NCBI RefSeq assembly: GCF_006345805.1
Contig: NC_042998.1
Location: forward strand, 47,554,001 to 47,618,000
DNA: 64,000 bases
Reading direction: 5' to 3'
From: Octopus sinensis
Taxonomy: Eukaryota
Shown here: one piece after another, positions 1 to 11,777 of the stretch
How positions within the stretch are numbered: position 1 is the stretch's first letter
Layout of the letters: each line of letters opens with the position of its first letter
The notes under the pieces: model-generated
What the model was told of the DNA's origin: nothing
Seen by the model: only the letters and a program-made list of their open reading frames with translations
Databases searched by the model: none
Made by a program: the position numbers and the translations under genes

Positions 1-18
1 TTAAACGAGATTATTAAT

Positions 19-415
19 TTGCGACTGATCAGGATATACAAGCAAACCAACCTGATCTGATTGTGTAAAATCATATTGAAAAGACTTGTCTTCTGATTGA
101 TGTTGCAGGGCCCAGCCGACAAAAGTACTTCTCTGAAAACCTTTGAAAATCTGAGTAAATATAAAGATCCGGAGATTGAAATCGGAAGAATGTAGCATCT
201 CAAAACAACAACATTACCTATTATTCTTGGGGCAACAGACCAGGTATTGTGGTAACAATTCACGTTGACAAAATATGTCTGCTTATAGATATCAATCCCA
301 GCAGACTGCAACACCTCTGTAAAATTATTTACAAAATAAAGTAAGTTCATAGGTTTTAAAAATGAAACACCTAAGAACAGCAACTGTACCTGTAATCACT
401 GGAGCTGTGCGGACA
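19..415 (+). mobile_element. Dong/R4-clade non-LTR retrotransposon, two tandem decayed copies of the C-terminal restriction-like endonuclease domain
   Basis: Manual translation across stops and frameshifts: TDQDIQANQPDLIV*NHIEKTCLLIDVA...KTFENLSKYKDPEIEIGRM*HLKTTTLPIILGA. A second copy follows from about 231: (A)NRPGIVV..DKICLLIDI...KMKHLRTATVPVITGA. Both match the R4/Dong ANRPD..CLLID..P..K..KY..L..EI motif. Confidence 0.8.
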
Positions 416-1019
416 GTTTTCTGGACCCAGAGACCGAGTAACTCGGTCTCCATCAAATTGTAAGATTGCTTTGGGGAGTCGTTTAGGAGCCTACTGCTGT
501 CACTTGCACTCGGGTTCCCCAGATCAATGATGAAATTCTTCCTCAATTCTTCGTATGTTTCCAAGCCCTGCCTAAATTTCAAATCATTTGGCACTTTGTA
601 AGCGCTGGACCTGAAGGGCTCTTTCTCAGTTTCAATATTCTCCCTTTGTGCGGTGAAGGTGAAGGACACCTGTTTTCTTTTAGAGCTCCTTATCAGCTCA
701 AAGTTTGTGGTAGGTATGTTTTGTTGATATTGTTTTCTTTTTGTTTACCTGCTGTTCCTCATCTTGTGTGTGTTTTCGTTTTGTAGAGGTGGCTGTATGT
801 GATGGGAGAATTATTGTTGGGGATTTATCTTAGTTTGGTAAAGGTGTGGTGTTCGATGATGTTGTCATGATTGTGCTGCTTGTTCAGAGCAGATGTAGCA
901 TTGTAACATTTTTATCGTGTCTGTTTTTGCTAGTTTTTATTTACTCCTCCTCAAAAGAAGGTATTTACAAGTTGGAAGGAGCCAATGTGAGTGGGCTGGA
1001 GGTATGATTTCGTATATAT

Positions 1020-1690
1020 CCATGGTGTCCCCATAATAATAAGTTCGAGAAAAACTGGAAGACTGACGGAAATGTCTTTACATTATTCAACTTTAAAACC
1101 AACCCTATGACTGCGATATACTGATGACACCTTTATACTCTGGCTCCACCAGGAAGATGTCCAAGTGCTGTTAGATCATGTGAACACAGTTCACAATGTA
1201 AAAAGAAAAAAGACAATCAGCTCGCATCCCTGGACGTATTAATAACTCGCACCAAGTATGGATTCAGGACATCCGTATACCACAAGCCGACCTTCACTGG
1301 ACGATACCTTAATTTAAATTCCCACCATCAATACAGTGTAAAGAGAGGGATTGCTCAGTGCCTAAAATATCGAGCCGAGAATATAAGCAACGATCATGAT
1401 ATCCACCACGAAGAAATGATCAAGCTCAGTAGCAATCTATTAATCAACAACTACACCAAAAACATACTATTTCTACAATTATGAAGAAAAGAGAGGATGA
1501 AATCAATAAACTGTCTCCACTCGGTCTACTCTATGTGTAAGGCCTCTCCGAAAAGATACAAAAGATATGCGGCCCATATGACATCAGGACAGTAGTCAAG
1601 AGTAAAACAACACTTCGCAAATATATCCTTCGGGTAAAACCTTCAATAGAAGAGAATATGATTAAAGACTGGAAAATACGAAAACTAAAA
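1020..1690 (+). mobile_element. Penelope-like element, decayed reverse transcriptase/thumb fragment
   Basis: Translates across frameshifts to LRYTDDTFILW...DNQLASLDVLITRTKYGFRTSVYHKPTFTGRYLNLNSHH...GLSEKIQKICGPYDIRTVVKSKTTLRKYILRVKP, which are typical PLE RT motifs. Confidence 0.85.
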
Positions 1691-1959
1691 GAAGCAGCAC
1701 ATATGCTATGACACAACAACCTCCTAAGCAGATCGAGTGCAGATATGAATAGCATATGGGAACCGGTATTAAGGGCGGATAGAAAATATTAGATTTATAA
1801 GCCCTAAAAATTCACTCTATAATTACCCACGGGCATATGGCGTAGTGGTTAAAAGCTCGGGCTAGTAACCCCGAGTTCGATTCCAGGCAGTAATCTGGAT
1901 AATAATAATAATAATAATAATAATATAATAATAATAATAATAATGACAACAACAACAAC

Positions 1960-2120
1960 ATAGGAATGAGAACCTAGGTTCGAAATTTCCCCAAGGCACC
2001 TGATGAAGGCTGGAGGTTATATCAGGCGAAACGTTGTGTTAACAACAAACAAGATGAGGACAAATATCCGTCAAATGTGAATTATGTACATAATTCCTCA
2101 TCTCTTAAATATAGAACTGT
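1960..2120 (+). mobile_element. PLE pseudo-LTR carrying a hammerhead motif
   Basis: Lies just downstream of the PLE RT fragment. A second copy is at 2959-3027, and an inverted copy of its tail is at 2892-2922. Confidence 0.65.
1995..2040 (+). ncRNA. Minimal type I hammerhead ribozyme (PLE type)
   Basis: Stem I GGCAC(1995-1999)/GTGTT(2036-2040). Core CTGATGA at 2000-2006 plus an extra A. Stem II GGCTG/CAGGC has one mismatch (CAGCC in the second copy). GAAA at 2028-2031, palindromic ACGT stem III, GUU cleavage triplet. Confidence 0.65.
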
Positions 2121-2179
2121 GTTACCGTTTTGTGATAAAAAAAAATAGGCGAGGATAAACTTGAGTCATGTAGATTCAT

Positions 2180-2380
2180 AAGACCGGTTTCCCAGTTTTC
2201 TTTTGGGGGGAGCGTCCCATGGAAAGGACGCCGGTCCCTCGCAGGCATACTCAGCAGAGTGGAACAGGAGCAACGTGAAATGAAGTGTTTGCACACGATC
2301 ACAACGCATCGCCCGGTCCTGAAATCGAAACCACATTTATTTAGTCGAATACTTCTGACCACTAAGCCACGTGCCTCCAC
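2180..2380 (-). mobile_element. tRNA-derived SINE, family A (V/Meta-domain-like core)
   Basis: The minus strand starts GTGGAGGCACGTGGCTTAGTGG with a B-box-like TTCGATTTC and contains CCTGCGAGGGACCGGCGTCC. Same family as 21206-21508. Confidence 0.7.
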
Positions 2381-2552
2381 TTTTTTCGTAAATATATATT
2401 TATGTATATATGCATGTATGTGTATATATATGTGTACGTGTGCATATAGAAGCAGACAGAAGCGGAGGGAGAGAATCAAATAACGTGATACTTAATGTTG
2501 AGACAAAGGACGCTAGAGGAATGATGAAGAGATTAATGTAATACAAGTGTGT

Positions 2553-2596
<44 letters not shown>

Positions 2597-2891
2597 TATC
2601 TGTGATGATGCAAAGTACATTTTATGCAAAGCCAGATATTTAGATCTGGGATTATCCAATAATTTTTTGCGAGTTTATTTGTGTATTTGTCTTTTCTCCA
2701 GGTTCTGTATGAATACTTGATGCAGTTTTAAAGTCAAGTTTCGACTGCTATCTCTAGCATAGTGGTATCTTTTAGATACACTTAATTATAATTTTAATAA
2801 TAATTATTATCTATAAGGTTTTTATTCTCATACTGACCACTATATATAATCGCTATTTTAAATAACGATCTTATCCGTATTTACATTACTT

Positions 2892-3027
2892 ACATTTGAC
2901 GGATATTTGTCCTCATCTTGTTTATCCTTCAATAATAATAATTACACCGAAAAATACCTTAGGAATGAGAACCCAGGTTCGAAATTTCCCCCAAGATACC
3001 TGATAAAAGCTGGAGGGTATATCAGCC
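2892..3027 (+). mobile_element. Second PLE pseudo-LTR copy with an inverted tail and a dead hammerhead
   Basis: 2959-3027 repeats 1961-2027. The core reads CTGATAA and the copy is truncated before GAAA. 2892-2922 is the reverse complement of about 2046-2078. Confidence 0.7.
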
Positions 3028-3073
3028 TGTATGATCTTATCTCTATTTATATAAATTTATACATACATACATA

Positions 3074-3185
<112 letters not shown>

Positions 3186-3980
3186 CATATTAAGTACAGG
3201 ACATCACCAACGGGTGAAAAATACGTAAACACACGCGAGATAAGTACAGGACAAAAGACCAAAAGGAAACTAACTCGCTCGTCAGTTGTCGACTGTTTTT
3301 CTACTCCCTATTTCTTGCTATTAACAAAAAAGGAAGACTTCATAAGACAGCAGCATTTAGAAATTTTAAAAATATAAAATTTGGGGAAAGTTAGGGTTTC
3401 GAACAAACAACAACAGAGTGGACATACAAAGTAAACAATCGACGAAGACAAACACTAAGGGCCGTTAGGCTAAAACGAATTGTAATGGGTAATGCCTGGG
3501 AGAAATTTTTTCAAGGAAATAGAACAATTAGAAGAGAAAAAGTGCCGGGAGGCGAGAGAATTGACGTCCAGCCGGTGAACGTCTTGTCCAGAAAAGACAG
3601 GGGTGAGAGAAACGGCCAGTAATCACGTGTGAGCTACAGGCAGAGGGGAATGGGGACAAGTGAGAGGATGAGGAAACAACACAATGGAAGTGAGGAGAAG
3701 GGAGAAAGAACGAAAGATAGTTGAGAGTGGGAGAGAGAGTACAGCCAAGAAGGAGGGGGAGAAACGGAAAGTGTAGAGGATTATTGAGGGATGGAGAAAG
3801 AAAGAAAACAGAGTGTAGACTCTCAGAGATCATATACAGATATCCATGCAAATATGTGTGCGTGTGTATGTGTGTGTGTATGTTTATGTGTGTATATATG
3901 TATGTATGCATGTACGTACGTACATACATACACACACTACTCTCTTCATGATTCATGGAATATATTTATATTTATATATA

Positions 3981-4059
<79 letters not shown>

Positions 4060-5454
4060 GTATGTATGTATGTATGTATATATGTATGCATGTATGCATG
4101 CATGTACGTACATACGTACATACACACACGCGCACACACATTACTCTCTTCATGATTCATCTAACATTCTCTGCTGTCTCAAGTACTAACCGTTAACAGT
4201 CATTTGACTCTATCTCGTGTCATGAAACGAAACTATCTAGCTCATTGTAGTAATCATACTTTTGTGATTTTAGTACGAACGTCTCTTGATTAGAAGCGAC
4301 GAGGTAGTCGGCACATTGTTTCCCAACTTTGTAAAAACAATAGACACATTTCACTCCGATTAAACCTTACCATCTTAAAAACGGGAGGCCACATTAGATA
4401 AACTTAGATAACCTCAAAAATATGGAATAGTCGCTGCTTAAGCTTAGATCTCTTAGTTTGGGGTTTGAGCTTAGATCTTTTATTTCAGATTTGATCTTGG
4501 TTTAATACAGTAACAACAGGAAAGTTCAAGGCTAGCAATTGAACTAGCTAGAAAGTTCAAGGCTAGCAATTGAACATGGTGTCTCTATGTTACAAATATC
4601 AGCTAAATTTCCTCAAATCACCATCTACTGACTTAAAACGAGGAGCAAATATTGAACAAAGGGATACTAGACGCATAAAAGAACATGGCCAAAGTTGAAT
4701 GCCTTTGATAAAAGGTTTGTTCAACCAGGGCTAAAATGTAGCTAAGTAAGAACAATTTTACGTGGCTCTCGTACTTCTGTTACATTGCTTCCACCCATGT
4801 AGAGGTGAATCGTTTGTTGTTGTTTTTTTTTTTAATTATATTAGTTATAATCATCACCTACACCGACCAATATAGTAATTCTCTACCTTCAAATCTTGCC
4901 TTTACCCAGCGATTAGCATAATTTAATGGTTTGCTTGCTGCCTAATCAAGGCAACATACTTTACATAATTTTATTGCAGAACAATTCCTACCTTCGCCTC
5001 CCCATCCTTTCAATTATTTCATGCTGTAGTTTTACTAATTTCACTTTTCTTTATAACATATATGCTTTACCTTTTAAACTATCTCAGATAGCTAAGTAGT
5101 TGACTGAGACCATCTCCATTAGGAAATGATTGAAAAGTATTGTTTCTGTCACGGAAAGGAATTGAAGTAAACTATATGCAATGAGAGGTAATATTTATCC
5201 ATTTTTAGACGTGAATATTCTGCTAAAACAAACTCCGTGAGAGAAACTCACATATTGGCAAAATGCACTCCTGTTTATATTTCTAGCGGGGACAAAAATC
5301 CCCGCCATCTGCAGCGCTGAGACCATCAGATCACGTGATTTCTATTTCCTTTGTCTTGTCAGTGATGGACACTCGACGCTAGAAATTGCAGTGACTCATC
5401 TCCACACCAGCGATTTATAGTATAACAGTGCCAATAACAATATAACTATATGCA

Positions 5455-5790
5455 ATACCTCTATTGATATAAGATGTTTTCTAACAATTGATTTATTTCG
5501 TTTTTGGATTTGGTTTGCAAGATTATTTATATGAGTTCGTGTGTTGAAGCATGTTCTGTTGTGTTGTGTCTGTGGAGACTAATTTTCTTTTTGTGCCTTA
5601 TAATGTAACACACTCACCGGTAAAATTTCCACTTATTTCTTATTTTTATTTTCCTAAAATTTTCGTTACGTCTTGCAACCTTTTCAATAGTCATTTTACT
5701 AGTGAGTGTGTTAAATTATAATAAGGCACAAAAAGAAAATGACTCTCCTCAGACACAACATAATAATTGATTGATAGGTTAACTAGTAAC
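5455..5790 (-). mobile_element. Probable PLE pseudo-LTR with a partial inverted duplication
   Basis: Inverted arms 5562-5626 and 5693-5760 (about 65 bp) flank a hammerhead-like motif. Same layout as 2892-3027. Confidence 0.45.
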
Positions 5791-6354
5791 TTCTCATTTC
5801 CTTCAATTGTGTTTGTTGTAAATAGTCACATCCAGAGATATTGCAATGTCCTCTCGTGGCAGAAACAATACTTTTCAATCAGGTCCATTAATTGATCGTC
5901 ACTTTGTACACCTCTCACATCACCAAGGCTATTACTCTTAAATAACAAACGGCTTAATAATTGCGCTGGAGGTGTGGAAAGAAAGAATTCTGATCTCTGT
6001 GTCTTCCAAAGTCATACAGCGTCATAAACTGAGAGACGTTAACCTATCGCTGTAGTGGTAGCAAAAATGTATCAGGGACGCAAACACTGTCATTTATGCA
6101 TTTCTCTGCATCTGTAATTCCTCTTACAAACTTTGCAGAATTATGTTACCAACCACATATTGAACAATTCAACAAAGATTATTCCGTAATTATCATCTCT
6201 ATTCATCAAAATTTGTATTTACTGGGCGTTTTACTTTCAACTTCGCATATCATACATACAAGTCTCTTCTGTCAGTCTTACCACGCCGTTTCACAGTCAT
6301 TAAATGCGAAAACATCTCCGGTCATTCCAACCAAATCCGTCGCTTTGGTGAGAA

Positions 6355-6472
6355 ATTTGAACTTCTTTGCTAACCATGTGGTACCTTGGAAAAGGGCCTT
6401 CTGTTATAGCATCGGAACGACTAAAACTTTGTGAGTGAATGTGGTAGCCGGACACTGAAAGGAGCCCGTCGC

Positions 6473-6503
<31 letters not shown>

Positions 6504-6660
6504 CCTGTGTGTGTGTCTGTGAGTGTGTCTATGAGTAATGTATGCGTACCAGGCTTTAAAATATGTAATGGGCTCGATTTGTTCGACTAAACACGTTGAG
6601 GGGGTGATTCTGCATGGCCGCATTTCAAAGACTCAAACAAGCAAAGGATAAAAGATAAAA
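6355..6660 (+). mobile_element. SINE family C, degenerate copy
   Basis: Diverged match to the 44205-44583 copy, including the internal (TA)/(TG) tract. Confidence 0.6.
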
Positions 6661-6744
6661 GACGTTCTCAGAGATTCTGCTCCATACAGAGTTCATTATC
6701 TTGTAAAGTGCTTCAATCTTTCTCTATATTCAGGAACGAGCAAA

Positions 6745-6925
6745 TTGTATTTCAGAGCCAGCCTTGTCACATTCAGTATCGCGCTGAATCTCTCTGAGTA
6801 CTACATTAAGGATACGCGTGTCTGTGGAGCGCTCGGCCACTTGCGCTTTAATTTTACGAGCAGGCTGTTCTGTTGATCGGATCATCTGGAAACCCCGTCG
6901 TCGTAACCGACGCAGTACCAGTTTA
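6745..6925 (+). mobile_element. SINE 3' region (family A related)
   Basis: GTGTCTGTGGAGCGCTCGGCCACTTGC...GTCGTCGTAACCGACGCAGTACCAG is recognised from memory as a common octopus SINE tail; not searched. Confidence 0.55.
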
Positions 6926-6931
6926 TATATA

Positions 6932-7483
6932 TAACGAGCAAAACGCCCCCCGTCCAATGGACGGTGCTGAGTTTGCAAACATTTAAACCAAATTTTCTCA
7001 AAACAACTTGTCCGACAGTCCCCTTTGAGAAACACTGATTTACCTAAATTTGAGACACCAGCAAAAGAAGAAATAAAGATAGACTTTTTTTCTATTCCAA
7101 AGAAAAACGATTTTATTCGCACAAATATGCAACTGAAGAGTTTAAAATACCAGTAATGATAATGCTGTTGACTGGGAGAACACAAACATGGTTTAAATAG
7201 TAAGCTTGGCAGGAAAGAAACGTGCCTTTAAGCAATACAATAACAACAAAAAATGGAAGGTGCAGTTATGTGCAGGTTGACGAAAGAAAAGCAGGACAAA
7301 ACGGCTTTATCGATCGCATTCTCACCTGGAATCGATTTTTGTAATTTTTTCAAGACTTATACACACCCTGATACCGTCAGTATTTACATATTAAATTTAA
7401 GCGCAATCGGATGGAGGATGCCCGAGATCCTAGAAGGCACACACACACACACACATAGACAGAACGGATTTTATATAATAGAT
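6932..7483 (+). mobile_element. Helentron-associated non-autonomous element (HINE-like)
   Basis: Starts TAACGAGC with a subterminal hairpin CCGTCCA-A-TGGACGG (6950-6964). Ends with (CA)n followed by TTTTATATAATAGAT. Confidence 0.55.
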
Positions 7484-8554
7484 ACACCCCAATCTCTGAA
7501 AGCACATAACAGCCTATCCCCGAAAATGACAACCTTTTTTACCAATATTTGCTTCCTTCATATCGCTCTAATTACACTACTATAAAGATCTAAAAAATAG
7601 TCTTAAACAATCACAATTTTCAACTTCGCATTCTCTCTCGTCTATGATCTGACCATTAGTTATGGTTTCCTCAGAACCAAAATTGCCGGAAACTTGCAAT
7701 GCTACAAATCATTGTTCCCTTATTTTTGATAACTTTAACAAAATCATACGAAATCGTATAAATTTCTTGCCTCTTGGACCATAAATTTCACGGTTTAGGC
7801 CTCATCACTGTAGAGTGCAGTGAAAAGAATCTGTTTGACCCACATTCTGTGAAGGCTAGCTGCCTCAGATTTGTTTTGTCGCCCGCTACCTCACCAACAC
7901 ACTTTGTAATTTACATAAACCACCTGTTCACTGACACTTCGAGCAACACGCACATCTATTTCGGATCATACAACATTTCGCTCTTCCTTAACCTTCCACG
8001 CATATGTATCTTCAACATGCAATTAAAACACAGATGACGTTTACTGCTTCATTGACCAGAGATTTCAGACAAAATCACTATACACGTCAATGAAGCAACT
8101 CCTTACGCACGAGCACGACACCTAATTCCTTCATTAATTGGAAGTTTTCTGACAACATCTCACAGCATCTTCATATAATATTCCCAAATTTGTATTCAAA
8201 GACTGGGTTTTCTACATAAGAGGCCCTCTGACTTTTTTTGTATCACGCAGCGGTTTTATGCAAGACAATTTTTCAAGGGACTGGAAATTTAGTATTCTTA
8301 TTATCGTTACAGTTAGTATGTGGGCTTAATTTATTTGTGCACCAAAAAAAAAATTTTAATGAAATAAAATATAAATAAAATAAAGACTGACTTACACACG
8401 TGCGGGTAAGAGGCACAGACGGAAACGGTTATTTTGCAGAATAAAACATCCTGCAGACTGCAATAGTCAATAAAATAGGAAATAAAATTTTAAGAATTAT
8501 TTTGTCTATGTGTCCTGGTACCAGATACCAGTGCCGTTTTTGCTGCCCGATGAC

Positions 8555-8748
8555 TGCGGAACCAGTAGAAGGTTTTCTGTTGGTCGTGCAACCATTTATG
8601 CACTGCTTCCGTCATATTTTCATCCGTAGGAAATCGATGACCTCGTAAACCATCTTTGAGTGGTTCAAAGATACGGTAGTCGGAAGGGGCGCGATCTGGG
8701 CTGATATGATATAGCGAAAGTGTGGATAATTTTTTACTTCCCCTCGTA
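8555..8748 (-). mobile_element. mariner (DD34D) internally deleted fragment
   Basis: TIR TACGAGGGGAAG preceded by TA is fused directly to the C-terminal coding part YHISPDRAPSDYRIFEPLKDGLRGHRF (the mariner YSPDLAPSD motif). Confidence 0.75.
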
Positions 8749-9199
8749 TATAGCACCCAAAGGAATGATATTCAACTGGTTAGCAAATTTTCACTAGACA
8801 CCAACATGCCACTAGTACTGAAACCTATACATACTGTGTATTGCCGTTTCTTTTGCTGTCTATACCGTGAAGAACCATTGTAACGTTGAACGAGATATTT
8901 GCAAAGTGTCTCTATGTATACCCTACGACTTACCACCCTTTATGCTACTCCATTACATATGCCTCACGAAATACTTCGCCCAGTTTATCTCAGCAAACTT
9001 TCAACCTTCTGGAATTCTTTCTCCACCCATATTTTACTTACTGACAGTGACTAACAGAAGTTCAAACTTAACATCTACCGAACATGGCAGGCATTAGTTT
9101 GGAAGAAATTCTGGTAACTGACCCTCCTCTGAATTTTATAGACTTGGTTCGATCAAAGCCTTATGAATGGATTTGGTAGGCGGAAATTGAATCCTGTCG

Positions 9200-9248
<49 letters not shown>

Positions 9249-9343
9249 TTTTCAAAAATAGAAATATTAACATTTCTAGCGAATATTAATATTTCTATTT
9301 TTGAAAACCAGTGGATGTATTCCACTGAATTTAGGTAAATAAT

Positions 9344-9476
9344 CCTTCGAACAGACGGGCAGCAGCGACGCCTGCTGGGTTCGGCTACTCTACATTGATG
9401 AGGGGCAAGTACCCCGAAACTACTCTGTGGATGGCAAACCAGCAAGGGGAAGCTGCTGACCTCCCCTGTTCGAAGG
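9344..9476 (+). ncRNA. Decayed type I hammerhead at the tip of a 133-nt rod-like hairpin
   Basis: TCTACA-TTGATGA-GGGG-CAAGTA-CCCC-GAAAC-TA-CTC-TGTGGA. Stem I is extended by GGTT/AACC, TGCT/AGCA, CAGCAGC/GCTGCTG and CCTTCGAACAG/CTGTTCGAAGG. Two deviations from the catalytic consensus (C3U, G16.2C). Confidence 0.65.
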
Positions 9477-10128
9477 TTATAATGGACACAGGTTTGTGTG
9501 TCACATAGCTAGCTAGAGGCGATGGCCTCTTGGAGCTAATCAACAGCAGCATTCGCCCTATTTTCCTGGACTGCCATGTTAACTTCGCGATAACTATTAA
9601 TATCCAGTACCGCTGCCGTAGTCTCCTTTAGAGAGATTTAGAAACGTTAATATATATATATATATATGCTTATTGATTTACGAAACTTTTGCTAGTAGTG
9701 GACTGACAATGAATTCGAAGTTTCAGACTACTACCCTTCGTCAGACTGATATAATTAAATAAACGTATTCTACTTAAATACATTGAGTAATCCTTGAGTT
9801 TAATGTTAAATTGTTTTTATGTATTACTTGACATAAACAAACACATACACACACACACACGTTCTTTTGACTTGTTTTTTGTTGTTTTTTGTGGACTTGT
9901 TTTTACTTTTTATTTTGATTTGCCTATACATACATATATAAAGAGAAAGAAAGACAGACAGACAAAGAGACGGATGGACAGGGAAGGATAGGGAAGAGGA
10001 AGAGGAGAGGAGAAATGTATATGTGTATATGTCCTTCATATTCTTATTTTCTTCGTGCTCAATTTCAATTCACTTTTACCCTCACCTCTTTGTATTTTCT
10101 TTACTTTCTTTCTTACTCTCTCTCCCTC

Positions 10129-10167
<39 letters not shown>

Positions 10168-10554
10168 TCGCCTCTACATTCCACTTGCCCAGATCTTCAC
10201 TCTGTTTAAGTCTACAGGCCGCACCAGTGGAAAGAGAGCAAAATAAAGATGACAGATTAAAAGGAGGGCAACTTCAAGAAGCTAAGTGACGAAAGTTTTC
10301 CGCACCGGAAGTGAAAGGAAGTAACAGAGTGACGCAAATACATATTGAACCACTTCAATATGTGAGATGGAGTTTATAAGTCCTGATGTTTTGTGTTACA
10401 TTTTGATTCACATATATATGTGAGAGTGTGTATGTGTATATGCACATGTAGTTATATGTATGAGTGCGCTTACGCATGCATGACTTTGTGGTACTTGGTA
10501 AAAGAAAAAATTGTGATTTATTTTTATTAACTCTTTAGATTTGTCAAATTTACG

Positions 10555-10690
10555 TAGGCATGGCTGTGTGGTAAGACAGTAGAAGACACTTGCCCAAGGT
10601 CGACCATGGGCAAGTGTCTTCTATAGCCTCGGGCCGACCAAAGCCTCGTGAGTAGATTTGGTCGAGGAAATTGAAAGAAGCCCGTCGTAT
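10555..10690 (+). mobile_element. SINE family C, 5' half
   Basis: GGCTGTGTGGTAAG head and GGGCAAGTGTCTTCTATAGCCTCGGGCCGACCAAAGCC, ending in (TA)n. Confidence 0.75.
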
Positions 10691-10846
10691 GTGTATATAT
10701 ATATATAATATATATATATATGCATGCATGATTGTTATTACATATACATATATATTTATAATACATGTTACATATGTGTGTTTATATATATATATATGCA
10801 TGATTGCGGATTGCGGATTATATATATATATACATACATACATACA

Positions 10847-10882
<36 letters not shown>

Positions 10883-10893
10883 TAAACATATAC

Positions 10894-10925
<32 letters not shown>

Positions 10926-11070
10926 TATATATTATATATATATATATATATATACATATATATATGTATATATAATACTGTAATAATAATATATAATAAT
11001 AATACTGTAATTGTTCCTGTTGTTGTTGTTTTTTTGTTTCCCTTTTGGATTAAAATTATATATATACATA

Positions 11071-11119
<49 letters not shown>

Positions 11120-11124
11120 AATAT

Positions 11125-11155
<31 letters not shown>

Positions 11156-11571
11156 CAGTATACATAATATATATATATGGCATATATGTATAATATACAC
11201 ATACGTTGTATTATGTGTGTGTGTGTGTGGTAGCGACTTTGTGTAGGAACATATAACTGAATGCGAAGTTGTTTGTGTGAGTTTATGCGAGTTCATGTCT
11301 ACGTTTGTCTACTTTAACTTATGCACATCCGTATTCCTGTTCTTTCTGAGTATGTATGTGTGTGTATGTGCGTCTAATATGTACTGCATTCAAAATGAGT
11401 TGCGTGGGTGTCACAGTCAAAAGGTCACTGTGTATTCGCGTAAATAGTCATGTTTGAGTTTGTTTCCTCTCTGTTTATGAATGCGTGTTTTCTCAAACAA
11501 TATACACCGAGATAAACATTGTGTGTGTGTGTAGATGCGTGTGTAAATATATTTATAGGCATGGCTGTTTT

Positions 11572-11777
11572 CTCGGATGAAATGCGTAGCCGTATTTCGT
11601 CTGCCGCAACGTTCTGAGCTGAAATTCCGCCGATGTCAACTTTGCCTCTAATCCTTTCGTGGTCGATAAATTAAGTACCAGTTACGCACTGGGGGGGTCG
11701 ATGTAATTGACTTAATCCGTTTGTCTGTCCTCGTTTGTCCTCTCTGTGTTTAGCCCCTTGTGGGTAGTAAAGAAATA
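11572..11777 (+). mobile_element. SINE family B (abundant octopus tRNA-derived SINE)
   Basis: GTTCTGAGCTGAAATTCCGCC...GTCGATAAATTAAGTACCAG...GTAGTAAAGAAATA. More than 15 homologous copies in the window. Confidence 0.8.

Noticed and set aside
1830-1895. tRNA-like sequence GGGCATATGGCGTAGTGG...GTTCGATTCC, and other A/B-box heads
   Set aside because: No complete cloverleaf; these are SINE heads running into repeats.
3445-3490. CACTAAG-GGCC-GTTA-GGCT-AAAAC, hammerhead-like; also a similar motif at 2735-2780 (-)
   Set aside because: Core nucleotides are missing and stem I cannot be formed.
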